A stretch of 64,000 nucleotides of DNA. Origin: the human T2T-CHM13v2.0 reference genome, Homo sapiens. Both the position numbers and the translations under genes were made by a program. The stretch lies in NCBI RefSeq assembly GCF_009914755.1, contig NC_060939.1; one strand, written 5' to 3'. The notes beneath the pieces were generated by a model, which saw only the letters and a program-made list of their open reading frames with translations, did not search any database and was not told the origin of the DNA. Positions 55,672 through 64,000 of this stretch are shown in pieces; the first letter of the stretch is position 1; each line of letters opens with the position of its first letter.

Positions 55672-58600
55672 TCATGCGGTATTTGCCCTTCTATGCATGG
55701 CTTATTTCACTTAACATAATGACCTCCATTTCCATCAATGTTGCAAATAACAATCTCATTCATTTTTGCAGCTGAATAGTACCCCATTGTGTATTAGTAC
55801 CACATTTTCTTTATACATTTATCTGTTGATGAACACAGGTTACTTCCAAATCTTGGATATTGTAAACAGTGCTGCAGTGAACATGAGAGTGCAGATATCT
55901 CTTCTATATACTGATTTCCTTTGAGTATATACCCAGTGGTGGAATTGCTGGATCATATGGTAGTTCTATTTTTAGTTTTTTGAAGAACCTCCAAACTGTT
56001 CTCCATAGTGGTTGTGCTAATTTACATTCCCAAAAACAGTGTATGAGGGTTCCCTTTTCTCCACATCCTTGCCAGCTTTTATTATTGCCTGTCTTTTGGG
56101 TATAAGCCATTTTAACTGGGGTGAGATCATATCTCATTGTAGTTTTGATTTGCATTTCCTAATGATCAGTGATGTTGAGTACCTCTTCATATGCCTGTTT
56201 GCCATCTGTATGTCTTCTTTTGAAAAATGTCTATTCAAATATTTTGTCATTTTTTAATTAATTTTTTTTCTATAGAGTTGTTTGAGCTCCTTATATATTC
56301 TGGTCATTAATATCTTGTCAGAACAGTGGTTTGCAAATATTTTCTCCCATTCTATAAATTGTGTTGTCACCTTGTTGATTGTATCCTTTGCTGTGCAGAA
56401 GCCTTTTAATTTGATGTGATCTTATTTCTGCATTTTTGCTTTAGTTGTCCGGCCTGTGGGGCATTACCCAAGAAATTTTTTCCCAGATCAGTATCCTGGA
56501 GAGTTTCCCCAATGTTTTCCTGTGGTAGTTTCATAGTTTGAGGCTTTAAGTTTTCAATCCATTTTGATTTAATTTTTGCATATGGTGAGAAATAGGGATC
56601 TGGTTTCATTCTTCTGCATGTGAGTGTTCAGTTTTCCCAGCACCATTTACTGAAGAGACTGCCTTTCTCCAGTGTATGTTCTTGGCATCTTTGTAAAAAA
56701 TGAGTTCCCTGTAGGTGTGTGGGTTTATTTGTGGGTTCTATATTCTATTCTATTTGTCTGTTTTTATGCCAGTACTATGCTGTTTTGCTTACTCTACCTC
56801 CATAGTATAATTTGAAGTCAGGTAATGTGATTTCTCCAATTTTGTTCTTTTTGCTTAGGATAGCTTTGGCTATTTTGGGTCTCTTATGATTCCATATAAA
56901 TTTTAGGAATTTTTTTCTATTTCCGTGAATACTGTCATTGGTATTTCAATTGAGATTGCATTAAGTCTGCAGACTGCTTTGGTAGTGTGGACACGTTAAC
57001 AATATTGAGTCTTCCAATCCATGAACATGGAATATCTTTCCATTTTTGTGTCCTCTTCAATTTCTTTCATCAGTGTTTTATAGTTTTCATTTTATAGATC
57101 TTTTACTTCTTTGGTTAATTCTGAGTATTTTTAATTGTGGCTATTGTAAATGGAATTACTTTTTAATTTCTTTTTCAGATTGTTCACTGTTGGCATATAG
57201 AAATGCTACTGACTTTTTGTATGTTGATTTTGTATCCTGAAACTGTAGTGAATTTGTTCATCAGTTCTAATTTTTTTTGTGTGTGGAGTCTTGAGGTTTT
57301 TCCAGATATAAGATCATATCACATGCTAACAAGGATAATTTGACTTCTTCCTTTCCAATATGGATGCCCCTTATTTCTGTTTGATTCCTCTAGCTAGGAC
57401 CTCCAGCACTATGTTGAGTAACAGCGGTGAAAGTGGGAATCCTTGTTGTGTTCCAGGTCTTAGAGGAAAGGCTTTCAGTTTTTCCCCATTCAGTATGATA
57501 CTAAATGTTTGTCTGTCATATATGGGTTTTATTATATTGAGGTTTGTTCCTTCTATACCCAGATTTTTGAGGGTTTTTATCATGAAGGGATGTTGAATTT
57601 TATTCAATGCTTTTTAAGCATCAATTGAAATGATAATATGGTTTTTGTCCTTCATCCTGTTGATATATCAAATTGATTGATTTGCATATGCCGAACCATT
57701 CTTGCATCCCAGAGATAAATCCCATTTGTTCATGATGAATGATCTTTTTAACGTATTGTTGAATTTAGTTTGCTAGTATTTTGTTGAGAATTTTTGTTAT
57801 CAATATTCATCAGAGATATTGGCCTATAATTTTTTCTCATGTGTCTGTCTGGTTTTGGTATCGCGAAAGCACTGGCCTTGTAGAATTACTCTGGAAGTAT
57901 TCTATCCTCTTCTATTTTAAAAAATAGTATGAGTAGGATTGGTATTAGTTCTTCTTTAAATGTTTTGTAGATTTCAGCAGTTAAGTCATTGGATCCTGGG
58001 GTTTTCTTTACTGGGAGACTTATTACAGCTTCAATCTCATTTCTTGTTACTATTCTATTCAGATTTTTGATTTCTTCATGGTTCAATCTTGGTAGGTTGT
58101 ATGAGTCTAGGAATTTGTCCATTTAGTCTAAGTTTTCCAGTTTTTTGGCATATAGTTGCTCAGAGTAGCCACTAATGATCCTTTAAATTTTTGCAGTAAC
58201 AGTTGTAATATCTCTTTTTCATCTCTGATTTTATTTGGATCTTCTCTCTTTTTTCTTAGTCTGGCTAAAGGTTGTCTATTTTGTTTAATTTTTCAGAAAA
58301 CCAACTTTTGTTTCATTGATCTTTTGTATTGTTTTATTTCAATTTCATTCATTTCTTATCATTATTATTTCTTTTATTCTACTAATTTTGGGTTTGGTTT
58401 GCTCTTGCTTTTCTAGTTCATTAAGATGTGTCATTAGGCTGTTTATTTGAAGTCTTATTCTTTTTTAAAGTAGGCACTTATAGCTACAAACTTCCCTCTT
58501 AGTACTGATTTTGCTATATCCCATAGGTTTTAGTATGTTGTGTTTCCATTATCATTTGTTTCAAGAAGTTTTTCAATTTTCTTCTTAATTTCTTTATTGA

Positions 58601-61600
58601 CCCACTGGTCACTCAGGAGCATATTATTTTATTTCCATGTATTTGTATAGTTTCCAAAATTCTTCTTATTGATTTCTAGTTTTATTCCATTGTGATCAAA
58701 GATGCCTCATATCATTTCAATTTTTTAAGATGTTTTCAGACTTGTTTTCTGACCTAACATATAATCTATCCTTGAGAATGGCAGAACAATCCATATGCTG
58801 AGAAAAAGAAGGTGTATTCTGCAGCTGTTAGATGAAATGCTCCATAAATATCTATTAGGCCCATTTGTTCTATGGTGCAGATTAAGTCCAATATTTCTTT
58901 GTTGATTTTCTATCTGGAAGATCTGTCCAATGCTGAAAGTGGCATGTTGATGATGTCTCCAGCTATTATTGTACTGGGTCTTATTTCTCTCTTTAGTTCT
59001 AATAATATTTCCTTTATAATATATCCGGGAGTTCCAGTGTTGGGTGTATATGCATTTAAACTTCTCATATCCTCTTGTTGAATTGACCACTTCATTATTT
59101 TATAGTGATATTCTTTGTCTCTTCTTACATGTTTTGTCTTAAAATCTATTTTGTCTGATATGAGTATAGCTACTCCTGCTCTTTGATGGTTTTCATTGGC
59201 ATGGAATATCATTGTCCATCCTTTTATTTTCATTCTATGTGTGTCTTTTTAGGTGAATTGCATTTATTGCAGGTAACCAATCATTGAGTCTTTTTTTTAA
59301 ATCCATTTAGCCACTCTATGTCTTTTGATTGGAGAGTTTAGTCCATTTACATTCAATGTTATTATCCATCAGTAAGGATTTACTCTTGCCATCTTGTTGT
59401 TTTCTGGTTGTTTTGTGCTCTTCTCTTCCTTCTTTCTTCCTTTCCTGTCTTCTTTAGTGAAGGTGATTTTGCCTGGTGACATGATTTATTCTCTTGCTTC
59501 TTATCTTTTTGTGTATCCTTTGTATGTTGTTTGATTTGAGGTTACCATGAAGCTTGCAAATTTTATCCTACAACTCATTTTAACCTCATAACAACACTGT
59601 TTGCCAAAACAAATAAATCAGCAAAAAGAAAATGAATAAAGCCTCTGTGCCTTAAATTCAGCCCTCTGCTTTTTAACTTTTTGTTGTTTCTATTCAAATA
59701 TTATTGTACTATGTCTTGAGAAGTTGTAGTTATTATTTTTATTGGTTTATCATTTACTACTTTCTACTTAAGTCAAGAGTACTTTACAAACCATAGTTAC
59801 AGTGCTATAAAATTATGTGTTTCTCTGTATATTTACTATTACTAGTGAGTTTTATTCCTCAGATTATTTCTTCTTGCTCATTAACATTCTTTTCTTTCTG
59901 ATTGAAGAACTTCCTTTAGCATTTCTTGTAGGACAGGTCTGGTGTTCATGAAATTGCTCAGCTTTTGTTTGTCTGGAAAAGTCTTTATTTTTCCTTCATG
60001 TTTGAAAACTATTTTTGCTGGATATACTATTCTAGAGTAAAAGTTTCTTCCTTGAGCATTTTAAATATGTCATGCCACTCTCTCCTGGCACGTAAGTTTC
60101 CACTAAAAAGTCTGCTGCCAGATGTACTGGAGCTCCTTTATACGTTTTTTTTTTTTCTTGCTGCTTTTAAAATCCTCTCTTTATCATTGACCTTTGGGAG
60201 TTTGACTATTAAATACTTTGCAGCAGTCTTCTTGGGTTAAATCTGCTTGGTGTTCTATAACCTTCTCCAATGTTGGTATCTTTCTCTAGGTTTGGGGAGT
60301 TCTCGGATGTTATCCCTTTGAATAAACTTTCCACCACTATCTTTCTCTACCTCTCTACCTCTCCTTTAGGGCCAGTAACTTTTAGATTTGCTCTGTTGAG
60401 GCTATTTTCTAAGCTCCTGTAGGCATGCTTCATTGCTTTTTATTCTTTTTTCTTCTGTCTCCTCTGACTGTGTATTTTCAAAGAGTCTATCTTGAAATTC
60501 ACTTTTTTTTTTGCTGTATCAGTTCTGCTATTTAAAGACTGATACATTCTTCAGTACGACAACTACTTTTTTCAGCTCCAGAATTTCTGCTTGATTCTTT
60601 TTAATTATTTCAATCTTTTTGTTAAATTGACCTGACAGAATTCTGAATTCTTTCTCTATGTTATCTTGAATTTCCTTGAGTTTTCTTAAAACAGCTATTC
60701 TGAATACTCTGTCTGAAAGATCACATATCACTGTTTCTCCAGGATTTGTCCCTGGTGACTTAGTTCATCTGGTGAGGTCATGTTTTTCTGGGTGGTCTTG
60801 ATACTTGTAGATGTCTGTCTGTGTCTGGGCATTGAAGAATTATTTATTTTAGTCTTCACAGTCTGGGCTTGTTTGTACCCATCCTTCTTGGGAAGTCTTT
60901 CCAGATATTCTAAAGGGCTTAGGTGTGGTGATCTAAGCTGTATCTGCTTTAGGGGGTACCCAAAGCCCGCTAATGCTACTGTTTTTGCAGACTTACAGAA
61001 GTACTGCCTTCATTGTCTTAGACAAGATCCAGCAGAATTCTCTGGATTACCAAGCAGAGACTCCTGTTCTCTTCCCTTTCTCTCTCTCTCTCTTATTCTC
61101 TCTCTCTCTGTTCTGAGCCACCTGGAGCTGGGAATGGAGTGACACAAGCACTCCAGTGGCCACCACCACTGGGACCGTGCTGGGTTAGACCTGAAGCCAG
61201 CACAGCACTGGGTCTCATCCAAGGCCCCCTATAACCACTCCCTGGCTACTGCCTATGTTTGTTCAAAGCCCTGGGGGCTCTACACTTAGCAGGTGGCAAA
61301 GCCAGGCAGGCCTGTGTCCTTCCCTTCAGAGTGGTGAGATCCCTCATGTCCTGAGTGGGTCCAGACATGCCATCTGGGAGCCAGGAACCAGAGTAAAAAA
61401 CTTTGGAAGTCTTCATGGTGTTCTATTGTGCTGAGGCTGAGCTAGCCCTCAAACCACAAGATGCTGTCTTTTCCATTATTCCCTTCCCTTTCCAAAGGCA
61501 GAGGAGCCTTACCTCCTGGCCACCACCACTATAGGCCCACAGGAAGTACTGCTAGACTACTGCTAGTGTTCCCTTAAGGCCCAAGGTCTCTTAAGTCAGC

Positions 61601-62828
61601 TTGTGATGAATGCTGTCTGGGCTGGGACTCATCCTTCGGGGCAGAAGGCTCCTCTCTGGCCTAGCACAGTCCCAGAAATGCCATTCAAGAGCCACATCCT
61701 ATAATCAGGGACCCAAGAGCCTGCCTCTTGCTCTACCCCCGTGTGGCCATGCTGGTCTCTAAAATGCAAGACAAAGTCTCTTTTACTTTTCTCTCTGCTT
61801 TTCTCAAGCAGAAAGATTCTTGCCACATAGCCACCACAGCTGGTAATGTATTGAGTCTCACCTGAAGCCAGCAAGTGTCAGAGGCTCACCCAAGGCCCTT
61901 GACACAGTACCTGAGTATTGCTGATGGTTATTCAGGGCTCAGGTACTATTCAGTTAGCAGGTGATTAATCGTGCTAGGAATGGGTCCTTCCCTTCAAGGA
62001 AGCAGTTTTCCCTCCGGCTCAGGATATGTCTAGAAATGTCTTCTGGGAGCTAGGACCTGAACCAGGGGCCTCATGACTCTGACCAGTACCCTATCATGCT
62101 GTGGCTGAGCTGATAGCCAAGATGCAAGACAAAATCCTCCCCTGTCTTCCTTCTCCTCTCCTCAAGTGGAAGCAAGGCGACTCTTTCGGAGCCGTGAGCT
62201 GTGTAGCCTGAGATTAGGGGAGGGGTGATGCCAGCACTCTCTTAGCTACCCTGACCAGTGTCTCAGTAGGTTGCGTGCCCCCACCCCTCCACTAGCTCTG
62301 GGCCTGGTTCAGCCCTAGGACTCACCTAGTCCTTGTGGCCTAGACTACTTTTCCAGTTTATTTAGCACCCCAGAGCACTTTAGCTCACAGTGATGAGGCT
62401 TGTACAAACTGAAGTTACAACCACTGAGATCAGCAACTCCCCTTTGACTAGGGCTAATTTAAATGCTACCTCCTTGGGCAGGCAACAGCTGAGTTTGGTC
62501 CAGTTTTACTTTCTGCTGTAATAAGGCAGCACTGAGTTCAATGCCTCACAATTGCTGTGCTCTCCCTCTCTCACAACCACACAAAAATGCTCTCTGCATC
62601 ATGCCACTGCGGCTGGGGGATGGGAGGGAGTGACATTGGTGATTCAAGATTGTTTTTTCTACTTCTTCAGTGCATCTTTTAGCAGTATAAAGTTAAAAAC
62701 AGGTACTGTGAGTGCTCACCTGATTTTTGGTTCTTATGAAGTTACGTTTTTGTACAGATAGTTAAATTCGTGTTTTTGCAGGGAGGACAATTGGTGGAGC
62801 CTTCTATTCCACTGTCTTGCTCTGCCCC
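55672..62828 (-). mobile_element. Near-full-length decayed L1 (L1MA1-3-like): 5' end intact, 3' terminus missing
   Basis: 5' start GGGGCAGAGCAAGACAGTGGAATAGAAGG; ORF1 remnant at 60528-60731; endonuclease at 58910-59233; RT at 57371-57607; C-terminal [12 protein letters not shown] at 55904-56155. Confidence 0.93.
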
Positions 62829-63429
62829 TTCCTCTTCTTGTTTATTTTTATTTGTTAGCAGGCAATAGGTAAATATGAGCTCAAATCATTAATTAGAAAA
62901 AAAAAGTCAATCTATGTATTTATATCAGAAATTCTGACTTTGTGACACAATTATGTTCTAACAAAGTACTCTATAATAGTCATCGGGATTGAGTGAAGAA
63001 TACTTGCATTTCACTTGATTTTACTGATTTTATGTGCCAAGATATCTGACAAATAGAAAAAGTGGGAAAGTAAAGCAAGATCATGTAAATGTTTCAGTGA
63101 ACAGGAAACTTAAAAAAACCATGAAGAAAAAATTAAGAATGCATAAATCTAAAAATGAGAAGAATGAGCAGGGCCGACAGTTTTCAGTGCCATGTTACCA
63201 TCTAGTAATTGTATTCTCCATTATAAAGTAGGTATACCCTCTTATTTTATTATGATCCATAACAACTTTATGAAATATGCATGGCTTTAGTGATTAATAA
63301 GATTACTTAGCTAGTAAGTGGACAAACTGAGTAGGATCCAAGTTTCTGATTTTTATGTGTACTTTCCACAAGGCCAGGCAGCCCTGCCGACACCATTTGT
63401 GACTCAAACTTAATGGAGAAGCAAACAAA

Positions 63430-63643
63430 TCTTCCAACTTTTCCTTGTGCTTAATCTCTGACTCTAGCCAAAGAAGGTTCTCTGCTTTTAAGGGCTCATG
63501 TGATTAGATGGGCCCACTTGGATAATTCAAAATTATCTCCATATCATAAAGTTGGTAACCACTTTTGCCATGTAGTGTAACATATTCACAGGGTCCAGGG
63601 TTTAGGGTGTGGACATCTTTGAGGGCTCATTCTGCCTGTCACA
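63430..63643 (-). mobile_element. MLT1D-like LTR fragment
   Basis: 'aagggctcatgtgattagatgggcccacttggataat', 'catattcacagggtccagggtttagggtgtggacatcttt'. Confidence 0.75.
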
Positions 63644-64000
63644 CTGTCATTCTTCTACTTTCTTTTTATTCTACAACTTTTGTAGCATAGTTGGGAATAA
63701 TTCATGGACAATGATGAGATAATTTCTGTGACAGCTAAATATAAAAAATATTTCAAGACACAAAAATAACATCACTAAGATCTCATACTGTATCTTAGAT
63801 TTATTAAAAGGTCCAATGGACCCATATGATAATTATAAAATAAAATATGTGATTTTATTTAAAATAAGTAAAATTACTCATTTTTGGAAGACTTCTAAGA
63901 AAGAATAAGAGTTTTATAAATAGAAATCCTTATAAATAGCTTGAACTTCTTAAAAAAAGGAACTCAAAAACTAAAAGTAGGTCCGATGGAAACTGGTGAT

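Overview
Primate (hominoid-like) non-coding genomic DNA. It is dominated by interspersed repeats: about 17 Alus (FLAM/J/S/Y, including one CpG-rich AluYd-lineage copy), two near-full-length decayed L1s (21.9-29.5 kb on +, 55.7-62.8 kb on -), many older L1M/L2/MIR fragments, and a dense cluster of solo ERV/MaLR LTRs between about 4 and 36 kb. I find no host protein-coding gene, RNA gene or new protein system. The ORFs I recognise are L1 remnants or Alu read-throughs, and the rest look like chance ORFs. The most unusual signal is structural: several junctions are built from short local copies with microhomology and fold-back hairpins, resembling template-switch scars (291-386, 3225-3622, 27568-27633, 28682-28822, 30531-30599, 31752-32338). 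There is also a near-identical 105-bp tract shared by two inverted old LTRs 25 kb apart, and a few canonical splice sites suggest possible non-coding exons. Repeat family names come from recalled consensus sequences, not a database search. Boundaries of old elements are approximate.
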